The position numbers and the translations under genes are program-made. This document shows positions 1-12,286 of a DNA stretch of 64,000 bases, one piece after another. Within the stretch, counting starts at the first letter, position 1, and the number at the start of each line of letters is the position of its first letter. The DNA is from Eledone cirrhosa. Its lineage: Eukaryota. The notes beneath the pieces were generated by a model, which worked only from the letters and a program-made list of their open reading frames with translations, had not been told where the DNA came from and ran no database searches. The DNA is taken from positions 17,918,001 through 17,982,000 of the forward strand of contig OZ024746.1 in NCBI GenBank assembly GCA_964016885.1. Direction: 5' to 3'.

Positions 1-622
1 CATCTGGGACAGATATTTTTGGCAGGGTCCCTACCCAGGCGCCCGTGTCTGTAGAGCTTTTCTCGAACGGGTAGAGCCCCTCGGTAGCACTGCCAGGCCA
101 GGGACTTCTGGAAGTTGTCCATAGGTCCCGGGCTGAATGTCCTACCGAACAGGCTGGCCAGTTCGTCTTCCTCCATGTCTAGGGCTTCTCCGAGGGCGTC
201 GTCGCACCTGCTGCGTACCAGCCCTCTATAGAATGTTGCAGTGGAGTCTCCACTGATAACCGGATCCGCCTGCCAGAGGACAGTGAGCGCCTGGGCACAC
301 TCAGTGTGCCAGGCGCCCAGTTTTCTCGGTCTTTGCTTGACCCAGGATTGCAGCTCGGTGAGTGAGACGAGTCTGGGAAAGGTTCGTCTCACAAGCGAGG
401 CCCACACCAGTTGACCGGTGAGGAATACGTGGAGGTGCCATAGCCTTAATGCGTGTTTACGCATCATTAGCCACGGCATCCCCAGCCCTCCTTTCGAAGG
501 GTGTTGACAGCAGATGGATCTCCTCACCAAGGGAGCCCGCCTCTTCCAAAGGAATTGGAAGAGCGCGCGCTCCATCTTGGCGAGGGTTTCCCTTGGGCAA
601 GGCACTACGGTCAGGCGGTAGT
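1..622 (-). mobile_element. L1/Tx1-clade LINE ORF2 fragment (post-RT region leading into the zf-RVT motif), running off the window start
   Basis: GC-rich block. An open minus-strand frame reads YRLTVVPCPRETLAKMERALFQFLWK...SKGGLGMP...FQKSLAWQCYRGALPVREKLYRHG...ICPR. FLW, GGLG and the W..R..LP...L...CP motif are typical of L1/Tx1 ORF2. Confidence 0.8.
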
Positions 623-671
623 AGATAGATAGATAGATATACATACTTACATACATATATATGTACATATC

Positions 672-890
672 ATCATCATCATCATCATCGTTTAACATCT
701 ATCTTTAATGCTAGCATGGGTTAGACGGAGTTGTCCCAATTTGAGGCAAGGTCAGGTGGGTGACCATGTCTCGCTTGTATAGGACTATCTGGCAGGTTTT
801 CTATGGCAGGATGCCCTTCCTAACACCAACCACATTTACAGTGTGGCCTGGGAGGTTTTTACCATGTTACCTACACAGCCACATTATACA
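672..890 (-). mobile_element. RTE-LINE/SINE 3' tail module with (GAT)n end
   Basis: Reverse complement of the recurring GGTTGGTGTTAGGAAGGGCATCC...CCCATGCTAGCAT...AAACGATGATG module found many times in the window. Confidence 0.75.
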
Positions 891-1174
891 CTTTTGGCTA
901 TATGCAACGCACCAATCAGTAAACTGTAACTTATTAGAAATATGATACTGAAAGGGTTAATAAATTGATTTTTAACATTGGTACAAGATTACAGTATAAT
1001 TAAGGATTTAATTGGTCCCCAGTATCTAACTGGTACTTTATTTTACTAACTTTGAAGGGCAAAGTTGACCTCAGCAAGACTGAAACTTGTAAATAAAAAT
1101 AACTCAATAACCATAAGGAGGTTTGTGTGACACATTACCATTTCTTCTTGCTGTCTAGCAATGTTGGACAATGT

Positions 1175-1462
1175 GGAGGCATGTGACTTAGTGGTAAGGA
1201 TGTTGGACTTACAATCATAATGTCATGGGTTCGATTTCTGAATTGGATTATGGTTGTGTTATTGAGAACAACACTTCATTTCACATTGCGCCAGAATAAT
1301 CATCTGAAAATGAGTACCTGCAGTAACTGGGGGTTTAAGCTTGCGATGGACTGGCGTCCTATCCAGATGGGGTCTTGTAGTCTCAGCCCCTTCATGCCAT
1401 AGAAACTGGGATAAGCACTGGCCTGATGAGCTTCTGGGCTCAAAACAGGCTTTAGAGACTTT
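1175..1462 (+). mobile_element. tRNA-derived SINE, family A (related copies at ~9243-9522 +, 22890-23765 +, 30832-31060 -, 56232-56410 -)
   Basis: A-box/B-box-like head (GACTTAGTGGTAAGG...GGTTCGATT), CORE-like TTGAGAACAACACTTCATTTCAC and a shared CTCGAGACAGACTTTA-type tail. Confidence 0.75.
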
Positions 1463-1494
1463 AAAATGTTAACCAAACATATTTCCTTATGTAA

Positions 1495-1531
<37 letters not shown>

Positions 1532-4500
1532 CACAACCAGAAAAAATAATATATCAGATTATGAGATTACTCTAAGGATTACATCTAATTTATACAGTCT
1601 ACCCTACTAATCCACCCAGTCATGCAGACAATTCATTCAATCCTTATAACTAAACCATCTGAATATCATTGTTAATCCATTAAATTTACTTTATTAATCC
1701 ACTAGTATGGTTTAAATTGCTTCTTTCATTTCCTTAGGTCCAAGGAAAGCTAAATGGGGAAAATACCAACAATTCGAAGAGGGATACCTCACCCTATATC
1801 GTTAATTAGTTCCAGAAGTCGAAAAACAACGATTGTCAAATTAACCTCCCTATAAACTGCTCATAGGCATTATCTACATTACTTTATGCTGTATATTTTA
1901 GCATTTATTGAAATGTGATTTCACCTGATTTTATTGGTGTTTTTTTTTTAGTGGTTTTTATGGTTTAATATTTTTGGCAGACTAACGTAAAGTTGAGTCA
2001 ATCGACATAACACGAGGTTCATTTTTGCCATATAATATTAAAAAAACTGCCGTAACTTCAAAAATGATGAAACTCAAAACAACTTAAGCCAAGGTATACC
2101 TGTATATTCTGGTGTAGTGTACCTATTATTTGGAGTTAGCAGGAGACAGTGAAATATAACATGATCACTATTGTATCATGACAAAGTATTCATTCCTTTC
2201 ACATTCGTGTTCTCCATCTCCATTATTTAAAGGTGTCTATATAGGCATGACTAATACCTTTGTGAAGGTCTTTAGGGTGTAAATCAATACATACTTGTTG
2301 GGATTAGTTCCAATATATAAGACTGGAGATAAATAAATTACAACAAAGTATTTCCTTTCACATTTTAAGAATAGAAGTTGAAGCTTCATTTATAAGTTTC
2401 AACTTTTGTTTTATAGTAACAATCAGTCAGTTATAAAGAAATTCGCCAGAAGCAAAAAATCAACTATCACAAGAAAGTATACAACAGGCAGTTTATTTGT
2501 GTTAAAGATCACAGCCAAACACACAGTGATTTAACCTGGAAAATACTAAAATGAAAGTAAATGATAGTCAGTTAACATAGGATATCCCTGTTTTGGCGGG
2601 AAAGAAGCATATGTCGGGTTTTTATTTCAGATTGCTTCTAAAGTTCATTAGATAATTATTCACTTACTTCTTTAATATCTTGTTTTTGCTATATTACAGA
2701 TAGACCAGTGTAAAATAATTGAAATGAAAAACAAACATATTCAATATATGAAATCTCACAATGACATTATATAAAAATTGAGCATAAAACACAAAGGGGA
2801 ATAAAAGCGAGAGAAAAAAAAGGAAATAAAAGAATACATATCAGACTTTCTATTCCATTGATCAATTAACCCTTTATATTATAAAAAGCTCTGTGGTTGG
2901 TCAGTTCATATTGCTCATACTTCTTTACCAGCTAGAAACTGACTCATTTTATTGAGAAAAATTGTATTAATTATTTAAGTACCATTTTCTGATTGGTTAA
3001 ATTATATTTTCTTGTTGAGCTCATTTCATACAAGACTAGGACCCAAAACATATTTTTGTGTATTTATATTAAATTCAAGAGAAAATAAGAATCAAAGAAA
3101 TCATGTTAAAAAAAAAAAAGAAAAGTACCAGTCTAGTCCTGGGGTTGATTCTTCCTCTATATCTCTTTCTCACTTTCTATCCCTCTCTGGAAGAAATTTG
3201 CTGTATTTAGACCCAAAGAGAGATGGGCTCTACCAAGTTTAATAAATGTCCAAGAAACACTGTATGACAATATGGCACCCCTACAACTCCATCAGGAGTT
3301 ACGGGATCATGCATGCATACTCCTATCTAAGCTGGAATAGATAGTCATTAATATAGAAAAAAAGAGAATGGTCACAGTTAGATTGTTTTTGATCATCAAA
3401 CTGCTTGATCAGGGCTGACCTGGAATTTAGTAACAGGTATATCTTGAAATGAAAAAAAAAAAAATATTTCTAGTAACAAAACAGTGGTCATACAGCAGTC
3501 CTATAGCACAAAATAAGCCTCTATAGATTATATTTACAATTCAATTCAGTAGCCCAGATAGCAGTTCCATACCATAGTCCCATACAAAGCCTTCTTTCCT
3601 TTTGGATTGAGGTCACACACACTATTCTCCTCATCATTGATACATATGCCACTGAATGCAGACATGCACACACACACATGCATGCACGCACACACATACA
3701 TGCACGCACACACATACATAAATCCAAAAGTCAGCTGGGGTTAAGGTAAGAACCCAAAAGTCAAAATGAAACAAACAACATCTAAACTGATTAAAATGTT
3801 CAAATGCTAGGACATAACGCAAGAATATGTATGTATGTATGTATAAGTGAGTGTGTATGTATGTGCTTGTGTATGTGTGGGTGTGTGTGTATGTGTGTGT
3901 GGCAGTAACAACACTACTCCACAAGGGGAAGGGAGAGGGGCAAGACTTATATAGTGTCAAGCCAAAATCAGTTCTATATGAGCAAGACATGGTCGCCTGG
4001 TCTGGCTTGTCTCACAACAGCACAAATTGTCTAACCCATGCTAGCATGTAAAAATGGACGTTAAATGGTGATGATGATGATGATGATGATATGTGTGTGT
4101 GTGTAAAAGGTATACATTAGATTGAATTAGTAGCTTTCGGTGTATTTTTGACTACAGAAAATATGAAAGCTACAAATTCAATTCAATTTTCAAATTCCAC
4201 TGACATCTTCTAAACATGTGATCATTTATATATATATATACACACATATCATCATCATTTTACATGTTTTAGGGTTGTAACTATATTGGTCATCTTGCCT
4301 CTACAGTTTCTGCTCAGTTCTTCCCATACAAGGTATTGGTCAAGCCATGACTGCTTTTGACCAAGATACCACATAGTTACAAAACAAACTTTTCATACAA
4401 TATAAACATGTGTTCTGGGATTTGTAAGAGCAACAATCTATTTTTCTATTTCAAGCTTGTAAATCTATTATTATCAACTGAATCACAAATAGAATTTCAA

Positions 4501-5578
4501 TGGGACTGCTGATTAATGTCTACATCTGCTAAGCCTAATCTCAATGAAATACTATAACATCTTTATGTACATTTTTGTATGAGTATATATATATATATAT
4601 ATATTTATATCTGTAAATATGTATTTATGCATGTATGTATCTATACATGTGTGTGTGTACAGTTTTGTCTGAGTGTGTATGTATTCATGCATGTGTGTGT
4701 ATATATGTTTCAGTGTGTGCGACAGATGTGTCTGTCTGAGTGTGTATATGTATGCATGGATTAGAATGCTTATTCATGAGGAAGATATATTCAAGTTTAT
4801 TTATGTATATAAATATGTGTGTGTGTGTGTGTAGCTGAATAAAAGCTATACAACATGCACTTTAATAGATCATTGCCCGATGTTAAAATCCTGTTAAAGG
4901 TCACTATGTTTATCCTTCATATTTTTCTGGGAGATGACTATGTAGAAATAAAGTCTAAAGTCTCGAGCACAGAGGCTCATCGGGCTGATGCTTATCCCAG
5001 TTTCTGTGGTATGAAGCAACTGAGAGTACAACACTGCCCCTGGACAGGATCCCAGTCCATCACAGGCTTAAACCCCCATGATGAAAAACACCCACCCAGT
5101 ACACCCTGTAAGGTAGTAGTGCGTGTGTTATAATAAAAAGCACCTAATCCACCTTGTAAGATGGTAGTGCTGGAGTCATGATAAAATGCTCCCAGTACAC
5201 ATTGTAAAGTGGTTGGTGTTAAGAAGGGCATCCAGCCATAGAAACAAAGCCCAAAACAGAACATACAAGCAAGACATGGTCACCTGACTAGTCTCACCTC
5301 AGTATGTGACAACCCATCTATCCTATGCATGGGAAATAGATGTTACACTGTGATATATATATAGAGAGAGAGATAGATAGATAGATAGATAGAGGGGGAG
5401 AAGGAGAGAGAGAGGAAGATCAAGGAAGACCTGGATGGAAGTGGTGAGAGGTGATCTTACATCATTAAAGCTTATGGAGGAGATGACAAAGGAACACGAC
5501 AAATGGAGAGATGCTGTACTGAAAAAGACCCATCCAACCAAAGCATGGAACGATGGACATAAAATATTGATGATGATG

Positions 5579-5931
5579 GAGGCACATGGCTTAGTGGTTA
5601 GAGCATTGGCCTTGCAATCGAAAGGTTGTGAGTTCAATTCTCAGACAGGGTGATGTGTTGTTTCCTTGAGCAAGACACTTTATTTCACATTGCTCCAGTT
5701 TACTCAGCTGTAGAAATGAGATGATGGGGACTGGGGTCCCTATCATTCCACTGCAAAGTGGTCGTGGAGGTGCCACGGCAAAAAAGCACTCAGCACTCAC
5801 TGTAAATGAGGTTGGTGTTAGGAAGGGCATCCAGCTGTAGAAATCAAGCCAGAATCAGTTCCCGTCCCACCCTTGCAAGCAGGGAAAAGCGGACGTAAAA
5901 TGAAATGATGAAATGATGATGATGATGATGA
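5579..5931 (+). mobile_element. tRNA-derived SINE with RTE-derived tail, family B (related copies at 11317-11752 - and 18553-19062 +)
   Basis: GGCTTAGTGGTTAGAGC (A box), GAGTTCAATTC (B box), CCTTGAGCAAGACACTT (CORE-like), GGAAGGGCATCC module and (GAT)n tail. Confidence 0.85.
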
Positions 5932-6427
5932 CAACAGCTTTTTTTCTAGACATGTATATTTTTAAAGTCACAACAATGTTCAAATTTTAATATTTTAAAA
6001 TATTATTTCCTTATGAGTCGTTTGAGGTAATTTGGAATAACAAAGATGTGAAATCCATAATCAACGTTTCTAGACTTTCACCATCTCATAATGGATGGGG
6101 TGAGAGAGAGAGAGAGAGAGTGTGTGTGTGTGTGTGCATTGTACTTTTATGGTTAAACAGTTGGTATCATGAAGTTTATAACTTTCATTTTTATGATGAA
6201 ATCTATAAATCACATTCACTGGTCATTTATAGCGAAAGAACCAGCTACAAATAACCAATGCCATTAGTGTATAATTACAAAAACCATCACCAACATCTGT
6301 TATCTTATAATGGATTCAATTTGTTTATGAATTATAATTTTTTTTTTGATGAAAAATATCAATATTGGTATTAATTAGGTGTTAAAATAAACTATACATG
6401 TATATTTAATATGGAGCTATACTTATA

Positions 6428-6620
6428 GGTGGCGAATTGCTAGTCATTATAACATTGAATAGAATGCTTTGCAGTATTCATTTCGGCTCTCTGCTCTCTG
6501 AGTTTAAATCCTACCAAGGTCAACTTTGCCTTTCATCCCTACAAGGTCGATAAAAAAGTACCAGTCAAGTACGGGGGTTGATTCTTCCTCTATATCTCTT
6601 TCTTTTTTCCATTCTCTCAA
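6428..6620 (+). mobile_element. SINE family C with a conserved central domain (copies ~14780-15000 -, 38222-38440 -, 43765-44070 +, 54412-54650 +, 54868-55220 +, 56455-56610 +)
   Basis: Repeated GAGTTCAAATCC..GAGGTCAACTTTGCCTTTCATCCTT..GGTCGATAAAA..AGTACCAGT, resembling a Deu/Nin- or Meta-type SINE central domain. The superfamily cannot be resolved by eye. Confidence 0.7.
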
Positions 6621-6974
6621 TTCTAACTTTGAAAATGTCTGGTAAATATGGCTTGACCTCGATACCAAATAAATTATGCTAGGCACTTTCTTTCAGTTTG
6701 GACAAAGTAGAGGAGGTCATCTCGTGCTTGATCTCAGGTAGAAAATGCCATAGACCCCTCCCTACCCATCCACTTGTGACGACGGAGACCAAATAGAACC
6801 CAAAGATAACTGGCAGATTGTTACAACAGCAAAAGAAAACCGTATACTAATGCAACTAACTAGTCTTTCATTTAATAATAGACACATGTTTACGAAATCA
6901 AGGGAAATAATTCTTGATGTTACTCAGCAATCTTTACATTTTGGTCATACTTTCCATACCAGAATACGTTAGAT

Positions 6975-7185
6975 CAGTATTTCTCACGAGTGGTAGTGCT
7001 GTGGATGGAAGGGATAGTTTCCCTCACTCAGGGGCATCTGTGAAAATTAAAAACGAGAAGGAAAAATGGCTCGTTTGCGAAAATTAAGATTTATTTTTTC
7101 TATAGCCATAATTCTATATCTCTCTTTTGTTTTTCCATTAAGGGTAGAGGAAGTGAAAGGCAATTTGCCAGTTTGAGAAATACTG
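6975..7185. mobile_element. hAT-like MITE
   Basis: Terminal inverted repeats CAGTATTTCTCA...TGAGAAATACTG. No clean target-site duplication (TSD). Confidence 0.55.
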
Positions 7186-7536
7186 GAGTGGACATGACTT
7201 TTCATCAACTAATTTGAATTCAATAAAAGTACCCAGTCCATCGTGTAAGGTGGTCGTTATGGTCTCACGATGAAAAAGAACCCAATCCAACTTGTTAGTT
7301 GGTCGTTTTAGTACCCCAATAAAAAAGTGGTTAGTGTTAGGAAGGGCATCCAGTCATAGAAACTAAAGCCAGAAACAGTTCTGTATGAGCAAGACATGGT
7401 CATCTGATCTGACTTGTCTCACAATGGGACAATTCGTCTAACCCATGCTAGCATAGAAAAATGGATGCTAGACAGTGATGATGATGATGATAATATTTAA
7501 AGACAAAAACAAAACTAAATTATTAGAAATATATAT

Positions 7537-7542
7537 TTTATT
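7537..7542 (-). promoter_or_regulatory. Candidate polyadenylation signal AATAAA for KLHDC4
   Basis: TTTATT on the + strand, about 10 nt past the stop codon. The AT-rich context makes a chance match plausible. Confidence 0.3.
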
Positions 7543-7551
7543 AGAGAAAAC

Positions 7552-7742
7552 TCAGTCATCATGAAGGTGGTCTTGGCACATTCGTAAAGCAAGTTTCTTG
7601 ATTTGTTTAACGCTAAGAGTTTCATTATCAGCTTCAGCATTCTCCTTGGCTTGCAGAAGCCAGAATTCTTGAGTACGTTCAAAGTAACTTTCTTCACTTT
7701 CTCCATCATTTATATCTGGAACATCCACATCCATGTCAGATT
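7552..7742 (-). CDS. KLHDC4: KLHDC4 exon 13 (last coding exon; DUF4110-like C-terminus)
   Basis: Acceptor TTTCAG, phase 1. Encodes ESDMDVDVPDINDGESEESYFERTQEFWLLQA...KQIKKLALRMCQDHLHDD*. The GES..YF.RT.E.W pattern resembles DUF4110. Confidence 0.88.
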
Positions 7743-8343
7743 CTGAAATTAAAATAGAAATAAATTATAAATTGTTTTTTTTACCTAGATCATCATCATC
7801 ACCATAATTTTTCCACAGTAACATAGGTTATACGACCTTGCTTTTCCTTTGATTCAGGGAGACTCAGGTGAGAAAAGCCCCAGATAAGTGCAACGACTAT
7901 CAAAAGAGTGGTTTAAATCAACCCAGGATAAGATTATCATCATCTCATCATAACCGTTAATCACACGCACCACCACCTCTCCAGCTTCATCTACTGACTG
8001 TTGATGAATTGATGCTGTTCCTGTATTGTCAGAACAACAGACATGTGGTATTCATTCATAGCTGGTCTCTAAATCTTATTAAATGCAATGATTGTAACTC
8101 ATTAATCCCAATGAAAGATGAAGAAAAATCTAAAGGACTACAGTTGGTGTCAACTACAATTGATACCAACACTAAAAGACAACAATTGGTACCAACTATT
8201 CAACCAGTCAAAAAATCATTCAGTTACAGTAGATGACCAGGAAAAGAAAAGAAAATTTCACAGAATTTCAATAAAAACAATGAAGAGCAGAGAATGCTAA
8301 TAAAATGGTGAGAATCACAAATAGAAAGTTAATATCTACTTAC

Positions 8344-8401
8344 CACTATCTGAACTGTCACTTCCTTTATCATTATCTGAAGAGTCAGATTCCTCCCAGT
8401 C
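8344..8401 (-). CDS. KLHDC4: KLHDC4 exon 12 (acidic linker)
   Basis: TTGCAG acceptor, GTAAGT donor, 58 nt encoding DWEESDSSDNDKGSDSSDS. Phases fit exons 11 and 13. Confidence 0.85.
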
Positions 8402-8638
8402 CTGCAACAGGAGAAATTTAATATTTTTACTGCTTAATCAGGAAAGAAAAGGAAGAGCAATACCTATGACCCTTTAAAGAGTTCAGAGATTGATGGAATG
8501 GAGAGAGGTAGGTATCTTTAAACATCCCTTTTTCAATTATGGCTTGGGCTGGAGGAGAGCATTTCAGTTGTTTGACACCACGTCTCATGATTCTTTTTTC
8601 ATCCGCCATACACAACAACAGAGAATATCTGCTGTTGA

Positions 8639-8673
<35 letters not shown>

Positions 8674-8696
8674 AGATATCTATAGATAAAAGGCAA

Positions 8697-9166
8697 AGGC
8701 GAAAATGCTCAATCTAGTACAAGAGAGCTTATTTAGTTTATATTAAAGTTCATACACTTAACATGTATGTACGAGAAAGGCCAGTTTTAGAACTGCTACT
8801 CTACTATACAGTAGTAGCCATAACAGGATCCCAAAATCTAAGGTCATATAAACATATATAGTTAGGGGAAAATTTGATATTCGTTTGTAGGCAAGCCGAC
8901 AGTTATGGATATGTTTCAGTTTTACTGGACGCGTCGGCAAAGATCAGATTTTCCCTAAAACAAAATAATTGCTTGAAATTATCTCCCCTTTTGCCTTGAT
9001 AGTCACTAATAATTACAGCTAGTTATATTTTTTCTCCAACTAAGGAAATTTCAATTACTGTATTTGATGGCATAAAGCACCACCTTTCTCGTACATACAT
9101 GTTAAGTGTATGAACTTTAATATAAACTAAATAAGCTTTCTTGTACTAGATTGAGCATTTTCGCCT
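8697..9166. mobile_element. MITE/foldback element with 84-bp near-perfect terminal inverted repeats in KLHDC4 intron 11
   Basis: 8697-8780 is the reverse complement of 9083-9166 with one mismatch. Confidence 0.85.
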
Positions 9167-10057
9167 ACTACAACCCCCAGCTCATTTCAGCCAGGAATAT
9201 TAAGTTAAATTTTTGTGTGTAATTCTTGGTAGGCATTTCAGTGGAGGCACATGGCCTTGTGGAAAGGGTGTTGGACTTACGATCATAATGTTGTGGGACT
9301 GGGTTGTGTGTTGTGTTCTTGAGCAAAACACTTCATTTCATGTTACTCCAGTATACTCAGCTGAAAATGTGTACCAGTAATGGGGGTTTAATTAACCTTG
9401 CAATGGACTGGCGACCTGTCCATGAGTGGTGTGTAGTCTTATACTCTCAGTTGCTTCATGGTACATAAACCAAGATAAACACCCATCTGATAAGCCTTCA
9501 GGCTCGAGACAGACTTTAAACTTTTAGATCTAATGTTATTAAATCATATAGCAAAAAAATGTACAATAAAAATACATGCAACTGGACAGCAGGAAAACAG
9601 CATAGTAGCCATAAAAAATGACAGGATTTATAATAAAAAATATTTCATTTAATAATTCCTGATTACAACATTCAATGTAAAGATGCTTGAATCCTCAATT
9701 TTCCTCTTGTTATTCCAGCCATTATCATATTTCATTTTACACTAATTAACATCAATTACAATAATTTTCTTCCATATTTTTTAAAATCCTTATCAAACAT
9801 ATATCCACTACATTATGACTTTGTACTACATTTGAATCTATTTGTCTATCTATCTTCAAACAGCCTACTGTGGAAGTTCAACTTCATATAAAAGGACACG
9901 CAGATGATATTCTTTAACCATGAAATATAATAATTGAAGATTTTTTTGCATAAGTAAATCAGTACATCACCCTTTAATTTAATAATAAAAAAAAAAATCA
10001 CACAGGTTTTGAATTGTAACTTAATGATAAAATATTACAAAATAATTGATCACTTAC

Positions 10058-10342
10058 TAGTTTTTTAGAATCCATTTCAATAATTGTATTCCACTTATGT
10101 TTTTTAGTGAGATCCAAAGAATAGAAGTCTGACAAAGTGATCTGGATATCACCATCTTCAAAGAGACCTCCATATAAATAAAGATGTCCACCAGTGATAG
10201 CTAACAAACAATTCATTCTTGGAGATGGCATAAATGGATCAAATAAATTTGAAGAGGGATTATCCTGTTGTACCACATCAGTAGATTTTTCAGAACTTGG
10301 TCCTATGGTCACAGTAAATACACCATCACTGCTTGTGGATGT
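10058..10342 (-). CDS. KLHDC4: KLHDC4 exon 11 (last kelch repeat)
   Basis: 285 nt, TSTSSDGVFTVTIGP...PSPRMNCLLAITGGHLYLYGGLFEDGDIQITLSDFYSLDLTKKHKWNTII..., AG/GTAAGT boundaries. Confidence 0.93.
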
Positions 10343-10710
10343 CTTGAAAATATATTAAAAACACTTTAATAAAAGAAAACAAAATCATCATACATTTTTT
10401 AAATAAAATAAGTCCAAATCAACAAGACCCCAGATCTCATTCGCTTACCAAGTAGAGTGGAGCTTGTCAAATTGAACCAAAGAAACAATGTTTCCTTGGT
10501 CTTTCCATTGCTAACACTATCTACCAGTTGCACCTCCTGGCAGAAGGAGCAATGTGAAATAAAGTGTGTCACCTTGTCTGGGAGTCAAACTCGTTACCTC
10601 ACAATTATGAAACCAACTCTCTAACCACTAATAAAATTACATCCCAAATAATCTCATCTATGTTAGAATGAGAAAATAAAATATGAAAGAGTTTTTTTTT
10701 AAATAATCAC

Positions 10711-10873
10711 CTTATTAACATCTTCTTTAGGATCTTCTAATTCTAACTGCTCCAAATTTGCTGCAGTATTTTCAGCAGAATCTTCAGTTTTCACCTCATC
10801 ATCTGAACTATTTTTTTCATCACATTCATCAGGCTTTTTACGGCGTTTTTTATCACCTGCTGCCTTCTTTTCA
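10711..10873 (-). CDS. KLHDC4: KLHDC4 exon 10 (basic/acidic low-complexity insert)
   Basis: 163 nt, EKKAAGDKKRRKKPDECDEK...DPKEDVNK, AG/GT boundaries, phases consistent. Confidence 0.88.
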
Positions 10874-11084
10874 CTAATAATTAAAAAAAAAATATGACAA
10901 AAGACACAATATTTAATAACAGTGAATGAAATAGTTTATATGTGGTTATGAAGTTATCAATGATGATGATGATGGTGGCGATGATGATGATAATGACTAG
11001 GAAGAGAGTAAAACATAAAAGCTATAGTTAATCTATAGGAAACATATATTGGTCTTGATATCAGGGTTAGAAAATATGACATAC

Positions 11085-11176
11085 TTGATTGTAATTTTGT
11101 TCCAATAAGCCTTCTCGAGATCAATGGAGTATAGGTCATTAAAAAACCTACTGTTGATGGTTTCTTCATTTTCCTC
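11085..11176 (-). CDS. KLHDC4: KLHDC4 exon 9
   Basis: 92 nt, EENEETINSRFFNDLYSIDLEKAYWNKITI, TTTTAG/GTATGT boundaries. Confidence 0.92.
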
Positions 11177-11777
11177 CTAAAACAACAACATAGATTCTTA
11201 AAAGAACTGATACAAACAGGTTTATTAGAGATTAATTAGGATCTTGATAAGTAAAAATTAATTGACTTGTAAAGATTGGCAACAGAAGCTGCATGTCAAT
11301 ACTTAGTCTATGTGTATCATCACCGTTTTACGTCCGTTCTTCCACGCTAGCATGGGTTAGACGGGTTCTCCTGCTGTGGACAATGCCAGGTCAGGTGACC
11401 ATGCCTTGCTCATACGGGAACTGATTCTGACTTGATTTCTACAGCTGGATGCCCTTCCTAACATCAACCTCATTTACAGTGAGTGGTGGGTGCTTTTTTT
11501 TCCGTGGCACCTACACGTCCACTTTACAGTGGGGGCTAGGTGCTTTTTTGCCATGGCATCTCCACGACCACTTTACAGTGGAATGATAGGGACCCCAGTC
11601 CCTATCATCTCATTTCTACAGCTGAGTAAACTGGAGCAATGTGAAATAAACTGTCTTTCTCAAGGAAACAACACATCACCCGGTCCGAGTATTGAACTCA
11701 CAACTTTTCGATTGCAAGCCCAATGCTCTAACCACTAAGCCATGCGCCTTCACCTATATATATATATATATATATAT

Positions 11778-12285
11778 CATCATCATCATCGTTTAACATC
11801 CATCTTCCACGCTAGCATGGGTTAGACAGGAATTGTCCCACTTGAGGCAAGATTGGTCGGATGATTATCTGGCAGGTTTTCTACGGCTGGATGCCCTTCC
11901 TAACACCAACCATATTTACAGTGTGGACTGGGAGCTTTTTACCGTGTTACCTACACGGCCACATTACAGCATCGACTGTGTTTTTTGTCGTGACACTTAC
12001 ACGACCTCATTAGTTTGTGGCACCAACATAACTTTACAGAGAAAGGGTGGTGTGAATGGGAGGATGGGGTAGGGGTAGTGGGTTGGAGTGTATATTTGGT
12101 TAAGAGATGCCTACTGACTGTAGGTTTTACTTTGTACATAGGCAAGGCGGGTCTTCTGTATTACTGTGTGGCGCCAAAGATCTTGGTCCATTGATATTAT
12201 CTTAGAGAGGTGCAAGTGTGTAAGGCCAAAATTTATCAAATTGTCCCAGGTTTTTCTGGGTCTACCTAGTCCGTAACTTCCATAT
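11778..12285 (-). mobile_element. RTE LINE 3' fragment (same family as 51241-52115)
   Basis: (CAT)n tail, GGATGCCCTTCCTAACACCAACC module and ORF2 terminal codons, colinear with the 51.2-51.8 kb copy. Confidence 0.8.
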
Positions 12286-12286
12286 A

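Noticed and set aside
5579-5655. tRNA genes at SINE heads (also 1175, 9243, 18553, 22890, 42940)
   Set aside because: A/B boxes are present but there is no complete cloverleaf, and each continues into a SINE body.
7860-7950. Intronic box C/D snoRNA on the minus strand (ATGATGA...CTGA)
   Set aside because: ATGATGA is ubiquitous here through (GAT)n repeats, the terminal stem is atypical, and no rRNA-complementary guide was recognised.
10957-11169. His-rich 70-aa ORF
   Set aside because: Off-frame overlap of KLHDC4 exon 9 plus a (CAT)n microsatellite.
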